Shown here one piece after another: positions 47,201-54,676 of a stretch of DNA of 64,000 nucleotides. Under the pieces are notes generated by a model. That model was not told where the DNA came from and did not search any database. It was given only the letters and a program-made list of their open reading frames with translations. Location of the stretch: IMG/VR virus record IMGVR_UViG_3300025389_001380, positions 3,818 through 67,817 of that record; one strand, 5' to 3'. A program made the translations under genes and the position numbers. This stretch comes from a virus. Lineage: Duplodnaviria; Caudoviricetes. Each line of letters starts with the position of its first letter. The first letter of the stretch is position 1.

Positions 47201-47744
47201 TGATTATGATGCTCGCATACAGGCGTCAGGTGGCAGTGCCGCAGGCATTGGACAGGCTAATCTATCTCTGTTTGCCAGCAACGTCAACGTAAACGCCAAC
47301 CTTGCGGTTTACGGTAATCTACATGCTTACACAGCAGATGTTGGCAGTTTAACTCAGATCAACAGCATTGGCTTTGCCAACGTGCAGGTACTCAAAAGCA
47401 ATGGCTATGTGAGCGGCAACACCTGGGTCATAGACGGCAATGCACACACCAGCAGCAGCACCTTCCAGCAGGTAGTAGACTCGTGGCCAACTGCTGCTTA
47501 CCGCAGCGCACAATACATGTTGCAGATCACTGATACCACCACAAACTCCTATCAGGTCAGTCAGCTGTTGCTGCTGCAAGACGGCACCAACGTCTACTTC
47601 ACTGAATATGCTGACATCTACACTGCGACCAGCCTTGGTACATGGTCGGCTGACATTGCAAGCGGTACGGTTGCACTGTTGTTCACGCCATACAGCTCAG
47701 ATAATCTCAGCATAAAGGTTGTGCGCACAGCAATAGACATATAA
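41283..47744 (+). CDS. Giant fibre/adhesin-like virion protein (2153 aa), paralogous to 5074..13089
   Basis: SN-TIQ-AG-ATVN-L repeats, an internal duplicated ADNGNANDTYID-GINSS module and a C-terminal FRSA-Y-QIT...TEYA-type domain. Confidence 0.75.
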   Translation: MTLPNNPTFEYKLSGVSGDLSLGKNGPRLLNSNGSVEFVTFDGQPGNITVNQGFFANIGVGTAQAYYPVDIYGNIHISNTTSTTSGIIWPDGTFQTTAAYYTPPGGSNGSVQFNQGNLFTGNSLFSFDDANVRLGIGTGTPASTLSVYGNIQIADSAGDNNGIVFPDGSFQNTATKNTPSFGPPGTVQFAGVGNSFSGDSSSFFWNTSNSTLISSSLFLTSNIASNDIFSGALVVQGGVGISGDLHVAGNIFGSNVSVITGNSGVFYGDSEGFGAIYGGIPMGYTYQPNTVLQLSANANDYAQLNIQNVNYRFAASTDIVATADNGNANDTYIDMGINSSQFFQATIDGANDGYLYVAGNAVTGGGNLVFGTLAANDIIFAQGGAAYGNEVARFVYGQGLILELNTASYSTGTGALVVSGGVGINGNLNVGNAASVGSIFSNSTIQSAGQATVNSLIANANISSANINIAATGWLGNVYSNGFTQTAGITVTNQLISNTSIYAANLNVAGLLRAGNIYSNGFTQTAGLSVANQIISNSNIYGANLNIQGTAWAGNVYSNGTIQSTGLATVNQLISNANISGANLNISGTAWLGNVYSNGFSQTAGLAVVNQLISNSNIFGSNLNVQGPASVGSLISNNTIQASGTATVNALYANTVVQTATINATSSAQVNSLQSNISIQTPGPVTAGSVNSNGAIVGQSINSNGAIQAAGTAIVNALYSNSSIQAAGSLTVNSLNSNGSIVGSSLTSNGTIQAAGTVIAAAITSNSTIQSAGAATVASLVSNSTIQSAGVATVSALISNNNVYGATLQSSGLATVDSLVVNNNSTTSTLVVRNGAQVNTLSSNTAISANGLISGQQIRSNGFIEGQTLKTTGIAVVQQFVSNTEATANTLNIITNAVVQTITSNTSIQAATSVLANTINSNLSITSPAINALNQLSSNTIVSNVGITAANIAASGVVTITNNTASGSTGSGALIVTGGVGIGGNLNVGGQQSLFAGNLIVSGNFIVRGNSTIVNSNTISVTGPTIEVGSDNGEGNVLVNNDGYDRGVIMNYFVLNDNNAFMGWQNSTGRFVFLTNVQPGVSNLVNPFESVPGYVYGAAHFGDLLLSNTTVSINSTSGALVVNGGVGIGGSVNAIGQIATTGQGRFGQDLLANQLNSNAAISAVGTITGSSIHANNEVSSTNMSATNSISAALIAANNSVTSASVTALNNITGNILVGNVAVISPYLQALNQVTAQNIIANSSVVTTTLITGGLAQVNALNSNTNVSANDISAVNRISANVIAANVAIAVPSLTVSGTITGNNIVANSTIGTTELYVADVATVNSLVSNTTVNVDTINSNLIYNSSYLYTARIQAANRITGNTIVSNGVVSGDFVQGITGVNGGFVTSNSYIIGDRIISNSYVAAQSIDVTDSALINLLFVNTDVYSNTLVARFGIIGDYITSNTGIQSTGLILADQLHANVAISTPQSLYAGTIYANTNIQSAGPVVATSIFSNTTVQSPGAGEFGSITSNGIVQAGLTVIGAAFISNSSVQANGAIVGSSITSNTFVIAASQIMGQSLVSNSTIQSAGTTTVNALVSNTTIQAAGTANVGNLITSGTVTLLGGNITGVNTLFTHNVIANGLISAPNFSSNSFISNSNIGIGTSVVNYPLDVYGNIHIGNTAAISGILFSDGTFQNTAAAYTPSFGSPYTIQFAGNSNTFSGDSTHLAWDVANLALNTSNLEVVNSANIGLNASIGNNIYLVGNLNGSNTTIMQGKTAILQGGAGGFGALYAGVQDYTNYQPNTVALFAGNINGTVQVGVHNDSSGASASGDLVITADNGNANDTYIDLGINSSGWNNTTVDRANDGYLFVHGNTATGGGNLVLGTMLNNDIVFTQGGNAAAKQVARFVYGQGLLINSTVNSANLSVASLVTSGGAAIGLNALIGGNLTASYGTAGTVTIGGDPNGSIEIGQQGRATPGTPYIDFHSSASSNDYDARIQASGGSAAGIGQANLSLFASNVNVNANLAVYGNLHAYTADVGSLTQINSIGFANVQVLKSNGYVSGNTWVIDGNAHTSSSTFQQVVDSWPTAAYRSAQYMLQITDTTTNSYQVSQLLLLQDGTNVYFTEYADIYTATSLGTWSADIASGTVALLFTPYSSDNLSIKVVRTAIDI

Positions 47745-47753
47745 AATACCGGT

Positions 47754-48557
47754 ATGTATTCAAACATCATAGTGGTATGTTATGCACCTGGTGCCAGAGG
47801 CAATGCCATAGGCCACATCATTGAGCTGAGTCCTAGCATACATAATCGCAATACTAAACAAGATATCGTGTGCCCCGATGCCAACGGCACCATGCACAAC
47901 ATAGACATGCGGTTTGGCCTTTGGCCAGATGCAGGACAGCTTGGGGTAAACATTTTTGCCAACGACCGCGGGTTCAAATACCAATTAGATCTTGATCTTA
48001 GTAGTATGGCCCCTGTCTGGCAGCAGTGCATGTCTAACCTACAATTCAGCAGATATGACCCAATACCTCTGCTACAAGGACTGCAAACTAGGCGCATAGT
48101 CACCGCTGACCACATACGATCAATACATGCTTTGCAGCTGATGCCAGGCTGCAGGCCTGTTGCAGTAACCGGCGATCCAGAACTGGCACTGCGCTTACTA
48201 TGGGCCAAATGGGAATTGCAGCCGCCTCCAAGATGGCATCATTGGCATGAGCAATACCCAAACACACCAATGTTAGATCTGCAGATAGCCGAGTACGAAA
48301 AAATACCAATAGAATCGGTAACCGACCAACTGCGAGCAGAAGAATGGGAATTCAGCTTGGAAAAAACACGCCGTTGGCATGAATACCATAGGACAGATCC
48401 GTGTGCATTCAGTTTGGATTTCCAATCACTGTTTGATCAGGACACAAGCTACGAAACATATCACAAAATGGTGGATGCTCTAGAATTGGAACCAAACTGG
48501 ACAGCAGTCAGCCAGTTCATCGACGTGTATAATGCAGCTCAACCAAAGCACTTGTGA
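47754..48557 (+). CDS. Hypothetical protein, possible sulfotransferase-like P-loop fold (267 aa)
   Basis: N-terminal IIVVCYAPGARGNAIGHII loop. The family call is tentative. Confidence 0.5.
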   Translation: MYSNIIVVCYAPGARGNAIGHIIELSPSIHNRNTKQDIVCPDANGTMHNIDMRFGLWPDAGQLGVNIFANDRGFKYQLDLDLSSMAPVWQQCMSNLQFSRYDPIPLLQGLQTRRIVTADHIRSIHALQLMPGCRPVAVTGDPELALRLLWAKWELQPPPRWHHWHEQYPNTPMLDLQIAEYEKIPIESVTDQLRAEEWEFSLEKTRRWHEYHRTDPCAFSLDFQSLFDQDTSYETYHKMVDALELEPNWTAVSQFIDVYNAAQPKHL

Positions 48558-48604
48558 AAATCTCTGATTTATGTTATCATCTTGTATCGCATAGGAGATA
48601 ACAC

Positions 48605-48649
48605 ATGACTGATCCGCGCAAGAGAATGATCTGGGTGAGATTTCACTAA
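48605..48649 (+). pseudogene. Stranded 14-codon remnant of the original dpdL-like N-terminus (MTDPRKRMIWVRFH*)
   Basis: Has its own AGGAG SD (48593-48597); 10/14 aa identical to the start of the gene at 49349 (MTTPRKRMIFVQFQ). Confidence 0.8.
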
Positions 48650-48655
48650 TAAATA
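48649..48655 (+). promoter_or_regulatory. Late-type promoter ATAAATA serving the endonuclease
   Basis: Overlaps the remnant's stop codon; AGGAG SD at 48661 follows. Confidence 0.6.
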
Positions 48656-48672
48656 CATGTAGGAGTATCAAC

Positions 48673-49362
48673 ATGTATTATGTGTATGCGCTAATTGATC
48701 CAATTACAAATTTACCATTTTATGTAGGTAAGGGTAAAACTTCTAATAATAGACACAAAGACCATTTGTCTGATAGACGCGGAAAAGAAAATAGACTACG
48801 ATGGAAACATATTTGTGACCTGCGTAAATCCGGACTAGAACCCAGAGTCGATATATTATTAGAAAACATCCAAGATGAGAGAGAAGCATATGATCAAGAA
48901 TCAGAGTTCATTAGACAATATGGTAAAATTATTGATGGAACAGGTATATTAACCAATATAGTAGACGATGCTAGACCACCTTCATGGAAAGGTAGGATTA
49001 AATCTAAAGAACACCGAGAAAATTTATCAAAATCACATCTTGGTAAAAAATTGTCACCAGAAACAATCCAAAAAATAAGTGATACCAAAAAAGCCAACGG
49101 AACATACGGTATCAGCGGAATGGCTGGTAAAAATCATAATCAAGAAACTAAAGAGAAATTAAGGTTGGCCCGATTAGGTTCGACAATGAGCCTTGACAGT
49201 TCTGCTAAGAAGAGCGCATCATTACATGGTAAACCTTGGTCAGATGCCAGAAAGATTGCGTCATTAAATCAAAAAAAAACTGGTCCAATCAAAGGACAAC
49301 CTTGGTCGGAAGCTAGACGTTTAGCACAACAAATGAAAAGGACCCATGATGACAACTCCTAG
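48673..49362 (+). mobile_element. Free-standing GIY-YIG (LEM-3-like) homing endonuclease with NUMOD3 repeats (229 aa)
   Basis: YYVYALIDP...PFYVGKG...E.EA...E..FI..YG...G.LTNI, followed by H..ETK.K-type repeats; strongly AT-rich. Confidence 0.88.
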
Positions 49363-49735
49363 AAAACGTATGATTTTTGTTCAATTTCAAAAAGAAGGTA
49401 TCCACAAGTATCCGGCAGCACTGACGGATCCAGCATTGGCCACAGGCGACGAATATGACGTCAGTTTCTTGGGCTATCCACATCGCCATATCTTTGAGTT
49501 CCAAGTATGGATCTCAGTGACGCACAATGACCGTGACGTGGAATTTTTACAGGCAAAAAGATGGCTTGAGAAGCTATATGATCAAAAAACTTTACAGCTA
49601 AACTATCGCAGCTGTGAGATGATTAGTGAAGAACTATATGAGAAGATAATAGATAAGTGGCCAGGTCGTGAGATATGGATTGAGGTATCTGAAGACGGAG
49701 AAAACGGCTGTATACTTAAATGGGATGCTCAATAA
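49346..49735 (+). CDS. dpdL: QueD-like T-fold protein, DpdL-type (putative 7-carboxy-7-deazaguanine decarboxylase)
   Basis: LGYPHRHIF fits the LxxxHRHxF motif that I recall for DpdL; ends in VSEDGENG; sits in the deazaguanine cluster. Start may be 49349. Confidence 0.6.
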   Translation: MMTTPRKRMIFVQFQKEGIHKYPAALTDPALATGDEYDVSFLGYPHRHIFEFQVWISVTHNDRDVEFLQAKRWLEKLYDQKTLQLNYRSCEMISEELYEKIIDKWPGREIWIEVSEDGENGCILKWDAQ

Positions 49736-50832
49736 TGACAGTGTACGTCGTCCCCATCGAACCAATTGATACACGCTATACTCGCCAATGGTATGATCAC
49801 ATTCCAATCTTGCTGGACGGTGCAGGTGTGGACAACGTGGCAATCATCGAAGGGGACGATGTCCCAGCTACACCAACTCCTGGAGCGTTCTTGGATTTTG
49901 GTGCTACCAACATCTACAAGAGCAGCCAACTGGGTATCATCGCGCAGCTGTTCCGTGAGGACAAGATCAAGGACGGCGACAAGTTCCTCTACACAGACGC
50001 GTGGAACCCCACGGTGATCCAGCTGCGCTACATGGCTGAATTGCTTGGCAAAAAGATCGAGATCCACGGGCTTTGGCATGCTGGCAGCTATGATCCGCAG
50101 GACTTCTTAGGGCGCCTAGTTGGTGATAAGCCCTGGGTACGCAATGCCGAATCTAGCATGTTCTATACCTATGACACCAACTGGTTTGCCACGCGATTCC
50201 ACAGCAACATGTTTCTGCGTGAGCTGCTAGGCGTCGAGCCGATGTTTTCTGAAGATGAGACCGAAGAGTTCATCGTTGGCTGTCCAGACTCTGAGATCAA
50301 CCGTCTCAAGCTAACTGGTTGGCCCATGGAATACATGAAGCCATTGCTGGTACCGTTTGCTGGCACAACCAAGCGAGACAAGATCATCTTCCCGCATCGC
50401 TTGGCACCAGAGAAGCAGCTGGAGATATTCAAAGACTTAGCAGAAGCCATGCCAGAATATGAATGGTTCATAGCACAGGAGCAGAAGCTCAGCAAGGATG
50501 AATACCATCAGCATCTAGCAGAAAGCAAGATCGCGTTCAGTGCAAACCTACAGGAGACATTAGGTATCTCGATGTATGAAGCAGCACTGGTTGGCACATA
50601 TCCCATGGTACCAAACAGGCTCAGCTACACAGAGATGTGGAGCGAGTGCTATCCCAACGAATGGACCAAGAACTGGGACAGCTATCAAGCCAACAAGGAC
50701 AAGCTGATCACGCACATACGCTATCTCATGAACCGCAACAGCTTGTCTAGCCATGCTACAGCAGAAGCTGAACAGGTTGGTACCAAGTTCTTCACAGCAA
50801 CTCCTTTGATCCAAGAGCTAGTTCGTGCTTGA
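49735..50832 (+). CDS. GT-B fold glycosyltransferase (365 aa)
   Basis: C-terminal FPHRLAPEKQ...ETLGISMYEAALVG-P-VP, a GT4-like donor-binding motif. Start set at the TAATG overlap (track starts at 49720). Confidence 0.72.
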   Translation: MTVYVVPIEPIDTRYTRQWYDHIPILLDGAGVDNVAIIEGDDVPATPTPGAFLDFGATNIYKSSQLGIIAQLFREDKIKDGDKFLYTDAWNPTVIQLRYMAELLGKKIEIHGLWHAGSYDPQDFLGRLVGDKPWVRNAESSMFYTYDTNWFATRFHSNMFLRELLGVEPMFSEDETEEFIVGCPDSEINRLKLTGWPMEYMKPLLVPFAGTTKRDKIIFPHRLAPEKQLEIFKDLAEAMPEYEWFIAQEQKLSKDEYHQHLAESKIAFSANLQETLGISMYEAALVGTYPMVPNRLSYTEMWSECYPNEWTKNWDSYQANKDKLITHIRYLMNRNSLSSHATAEAEQVGTKFFTATPLIQELVRA

Positions 50833-50857
50833 CAAGATCACCACCATAGGCCATACT
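50829..50857 (+). promoter_or_regulatory. Sigma70-type promoter TTGACA-N17-CATACT, 5 nt before ATG 50863
   Basis: No SD, so probably a leaderless transcript. Confidence 0.55.
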
Positions 50858-50862
50858 GATAC

Positions 50863-52521
50863 ATGAACAAAGATTTCAAACGATTCAGTTTTGACACTGA
50901 CCACCTCACCTTCAATGACAAGTGCAGGAACATGGCTGTAACACAGCGCGATTATGCGCTGTTCCTTCCCAGCATCAGCATGATCTATGCCAAGATCGTC
51001 AGCATGGTTGAATATAACATGCGCGACAAGATGCCAGAGGGCCTGCCACAAGGACTCAAGGATCTCAACTTCCTTGATCCAGCCAACAGCTTGTTCTACT
51101 ATCCAGTTGCTCTGTATTCAGCAGGCCATGCTATTCTGGATCCACAGGAAAGCTGGGTACAGGAAAGCATGGTGCAACAGCGCGATCGTGCCAACACGGT
51201 ATTGCTGGGCGACAGCGGCGGCTTCCAAGCAGCCACAGGCGTGCTGAAGTATCCATGGTATCCCAAGGGCAAGCAGACGCCAGAAGAGCATCAGAACGAC
51301 AAGGATGACGTGAGGCTCAAGCTGTTGCGCTGGTTGGAAGCTACAGCAGACTACAGCATGGTGCTAGATTGGCCAACCTATGCGTTGGTCAAGTACGGAT
51401 TTGATCCAGTCACGGGCGAGAGCCTGCATCCCAGCTTGAAGAGCTTTAACGACTGCTTGACTGGCAGCTTGGACAACCACAACTTCTTCATCAAGAATCG
51501 CAAGGAAGGTGCCACCAAGTTCCTCAACGTCCTACAGGGACGCAACATGGAAGAAGGCGACATCTGGTGGGATGCTGCCAAGGATCTGCCATTTGAGAGC
51601 TGGGCGTTCTCCAACGTGCAGGCTTCTAACTTCACCATCAACCTGCGGCGCTTGATCATCATGCGCGACGAGAACTATCTAGCAGGACGCGAATGGCTGC
51701 ACTATCTAGGCAATGGCAAGATCAAGGCTGGCTGTGCTCTGACCACGCTGCAGCGCACGCTGCGCAAGCATGTAGATGATCAGCTGACCATCAGCTTTGA
51801 CGCAGCATCACCGTTCGTGATGACTGCCAAGGGCCAGATGTACTATGGACACGAGCTGAGCCCAGACAACGTGGGCTTCAAGGGTGGTCCAATCGTAGAC
51901 AAGAAAGAACTGAAGAACAATCCACAGCTGTTGAACGATTGGATCATGGAGAATCTGCCCAAGAAGTTGGTACCAGTGCGCAGCCGCATCGGTGATCAGG
52001 TATCAGTGGGTGACATCTGCATTCGAGGCTACGATGACCTTGAAAGCAAGAAGGTAGCGTTCACCAAGAAAGAGATTGAAAGCGGCTACTGGGCTACAAC
52101 TCCAGAAGGCCGGGCCAACGATCCATTCAAGTGGACCAAGGCCTACAAGGAATACGTGATACACAGCCACGAGAACGGCGGCGTGTTTGACCTAGGTACC
52201 AATCGGTTCGCAGATGCACACAGCAAGTATCAGGAGAAGTGGCCCAGCAGCATGGATGGTTTCAGCTACCTGTTGGCCATGAACCACAACACAGAGCTGC
52301 ACATCAATGCCATACAGGCTGCCAACATGGCGCAGGATCTGCCCATGCACGAGGCCAAGGAACTGCTGACACCAGATCTGCTGGAGTTCAAGGATCTCTG
52401 TGAAGACATCTTCACATCAGAACGTCCCATGGATCTGATCATGCGTCATGAGAAGATGCTGCAGAAGATCACAGGCATGGATGCCGACAACCAAGTGAGC
52501 TACGACGTGGAGAACATGTGA
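50863..52521 (+). CDS. dpdA: DpdA/TGT-family 7-deazaguanine DNA transglycosylase (552 aa)
   Basis: GDSGGFQ (TGT catalytic motif), SMVLDWP, VLQG, HYLG and ISFDAASPF; clustered with folE, queD and queE. Confidence 0.75.
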   Translation: MNKDFKRFSFDTDHLTFNDKCRNMAVTQRDYALFLPSISMIYAKIVSMVEYNMRDKMPEGLPQGLKDLNFLDPANSLFYYPVALYSAGHAILDPQESWVQESMVQQRDRANTVLLGDSGGFQAATGVLKYPWYPKGKQTPEEHQNDKDDVRLKLLRWLEATADYSMVLDWPTYALVKYGFDPVTGESLHPSLKSFNDCLTGSLDNHNFFIKNRKEGATKFLNVLQGRNMEEGDIWWDAAKDLPFESWAFSNVQASNFTINLRRLIIMRDENYLAGREWLHYLGNGKIKAGCALTTLQRTLRKHVDDQLTISFDAASPFVMTAKGQMYYGHELSPDNVGFKGGPIVDKKELKNNPQLLNDWIMENLPKKLVPVRSRIGDQVSVGDICIRGYDDLESKKVAFTKKEIESGYWATTPEGRANDPFKWTKAYKEYVIHSHENGGVFDLGTNRFADAHSKYQEKWPSSMDGFSYLLAMNHNTELHINAIQAANMAQDLPMHEAKELLTPDLLEFKDLCEDIFTSERPMDLIMRHEKMLQKITGMDADNQVSYDVENM

Positions 52522-52724
52522 TGATATACCTAACAGGGGAAGGCGAGACCGTAAGGAATGGTATCAATCTCTATAGATTGAGCGATCCAAGCAGCGCTGG
52601 TTTCAAGCTGCGGCTGGGTAGATACTTGTTCATGCTGCGTTGGAGCAAGGGGAGACAACGCTTCTTCGTGCGCAGCGAGATCGTGCCAGGTCACTCACCA
52701 GATTGGATGAAAGGTACCAAGTGA
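52518..52724 (+). CDS. Hypothetical protein (68 aa)
   Basis: Coupled by overlaps at both ends. Confidence 0.6.
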   Translation: MMIYLTGEGETVRNGINLYRLSDPSSAGFKLRLGRYLFMLRWSKGRQRFFVRSEIVPGHSPDWMKGTK

Positions 52725-53248
52725 TGGAAAGAGATTACATAGACGGTGTGAAGACAGACGTGACCTTCTTCACTGGCATTGAAGTAGAAAATACACCCAT
52801 GAAAGGTGCGTTTACGCTGTTTGTCGTTGGTCGTCAAGACGTGGACGACATCGACAAGATGGCACAGTTCAAAGTATGCAAGCACATCTATCTTGGTGCC
52901 AATCAAAGCTTCAAGGTCAAGGGTTATGATGACTACATGGTTTGGAAGAGCTGGGATGATCTCTGCGTGTCACTGCTGGATCGAGGATACTGGGTCACGC
53001 TGGATTTTGACGTGGAACATTGGCTAGGTGTGGCTGAGATGAGTGCTATTAGCCACAATCAGTTCATCCCGCAGATATCGGTAAAGATACCTTATATTTC
53101 ACTGGGCAACTACAACACCTGCGTGAAGATCGATGACACAGGTTTCAAAGCCAGCAATCCAGGAGTGTGGGTGCACAGCCTACATGATCTCATGGATCGC
53201 AAGGTGTTCACGCCCTGGGCTGCCTATTCCAAGGACGAACAAGCATGA
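52724..53248 (+). CDS. Conserved phage protein in the deazaguanine cluster (174 aa)
   Basis: FTGIEVENTP...TLFVVG...HIYLGANQSF...GVWVHSL; start set at the TGATG overlap. Confidence 0.7.
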   Translation: MERDYIDGVKTDVTFFTGIEVENTPMKGAFTLFVVGRQDVDDIDKMAQFKVCKHIYLGANQSFKVKGYDDYMVWKSWDDLCVSLLDRGYWVTLDFDVEHWLGVAEMSAISHNQFIPQISVKIPYISLGNYNTCVKIDDTGFKASNPGVWVHSLHDLMDRKVFTPWAAYSKDEQA

Positions 53249-53841
53249 ACGACACACAGCGCCTAGAAGCCATGGACAGCTACTTTGGCCGTTATCGTAA
53301 GATGATAGGCCGGCTAAAAGCCAGCGAGCAGGAGTACGAGGATAATCGCAGAGCCTACGAACAGCGTCGCACGGAACTGCAGGAAGAACGCACTCGCATC
53401 ACTCGCGAGCTGGCCAACATGAGGCAGGTCATCACCAAGATGATAGACGATGGCATTGATCCTGTGATGGCTGGTCTGATCATGAACGAAGAGGATGCTA
53501 CGACCAGCACCATATGGCAGCAGCGTGACGAGGACGGCTTTGGCATGACCATGAACACTGATGACATCATGAAACGCATGGGCAAGATCTCAGCCTTGAC
53601 CACAGCTGACATCAGCACTCTGAGCATGGGTCAGCTGAGCTGGCCAGGAGCCACAGGTGCAACTGGTGCCATTGGAGCGTCTGGATCAATCAGCATGGGT
53701 CCCAATGGCGGCTATCAGCAAGGATATGGAGCGATTCCGCCTATATCTAACCATCCAGGAGTCACGGCAGACATGCGTGGATTTGTGGATGGCCATGGCG
53801 ACTATCATGAATATGCATGGACAGGCACAGCAGAACTATAG
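53245..53841 (+). CDS. Hypothetical coiled-coil protein (198 aa)
   Basis: Charged heptad N-terminus and Gly-rich C-terminus. Confidence 0.65.
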   Translation: MNDTQRLEAMDSYFGRYRKMIGRLKASEQEYEDNRRAYEQRRTELQEERTRITRELANMRQVITKMIDDGIDPVMAGLIMNEEDATTSTIWQQRDEDGFGMTMNTDDIMKRMGKISALTTADISTLSMGQLSWPGATGATGAIGASGSISMGPNGGYQQGYGAIPPISNHPGVTADMRGFVDGHGDYHEYAWTGTAEL

Positions 53842-53870
53842 TTGCGCATACCGCCTAAATAGATTACAAT
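53842..53870 (+). promoter_or_regulatory. Sigma70-type promoter TTGCGC-N17-TACAAT with embedded CTAAATA (53855-53861)
   Basis: Upstream of folE. Confidence 0.5.
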
Positions 53871-53910
53871 CACATACGCAACCCACTGCGTCAACATCGG
53901 GAGATAAACA

Positions 53911-54597
53911 TTGACTATCAGTGATAAGATACGCCAGCGAATCAAAGCAGCTGGTGCAAGCTTCAATGCTAACGACAACATCAGCGCATACATAGAACCA
54001 GGTGAAACTGATCAACTGATCGATGAGCTAAATGCACGCTTTGACGCAGTGCTGGACAGCTTGATCATTGATCGCGAGAACGATCCCAACAGCCACGATA
54101 CTGGTCGACGGTTGGCAAAGATGTATGTTAAAGAGCTGATGAGTGGCAGATATTTCGCTGCACCAAAGGCAACTAGCTTTCCCAATGACAGCGCAGAACG
54201 CTACGAAGGCATGTTGGTGGTTCGCAGCGAGCTCAAGAGCGTGTGCAGCCATCACCATCAGCCAGTGAGTGGCGTGGCCTACATTGGCATCATCGCAGCA
54301 CAGAAGCTGATCGGTCTCAGCAAGTACAGCAGGATAGCACAGTGGTGTGCACGTCGCGGTACGCTGCAGGAAGAGCTGTGCAACGACATTGCCAAGGAGA
54401 TCATGAGGGCCACTGACTCAGAGAACGTGGGAGTGTACATCCAAGCTTCCCATGGATGCTGCGAAAATCGGGGCCTAATGGCACATTCTAGTTTGACACA
54501 GACCACTGTGCTGCGCGGTGCGTTCTTTACAGATCAGAGCACCAAGAAAGAATTCTTTGACAACATCAAGCTGCAACAGGAATTCGCACCAAGATAA
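53911..54597 (+). CDS. folE: GTP cyclohydrolase I
   Basis: SVCSHHHQP, IGLSKYSRI, LQEEL and HGCCENRG; TTG start after GGGAG. Confidence 0.93.
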   Translation: MTISDKIRQRIKAAGASFNANDNISAYIEPGETDQLIDELNARFDAVLDSLIIDRENDPNSHDTGRRLAKMYVKELMSGRYFAAPKATSFPNDSAERYEGMLVVRSELKSVCSHHHQPVSGVAYIGIIAAQKLIGLSKYSRIAQWCARRGTLQEELCNDIAKEIMRATDSENVGVYIQASHGCCENRGLMAHSSLTQTTVLRGAFFTDQSTKKEFFDNIKLQQEFAPR

Positions 54598-54604
54598 GTA
54601 TGAC

Positions 54605-54669
54605 AAGCGGCGCTTACGGCTTCACCCCGCTTTACAAATTCTGCAGCCTATGGTACACTAACATAGGAG
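54605..54669 (+). ncRNA. Candidate structured leader (H-type pseudoknot plus SD-sequestering hairpin) upstream of queD
   Basis: P1 aagcgg/ccgctt, P2 ggct/agcc, alternative cctatg/catagg pairing over the SD. Found by manual pairing only. Confidence 0.4.
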
Positions 54670-54676
54670 CACGACC

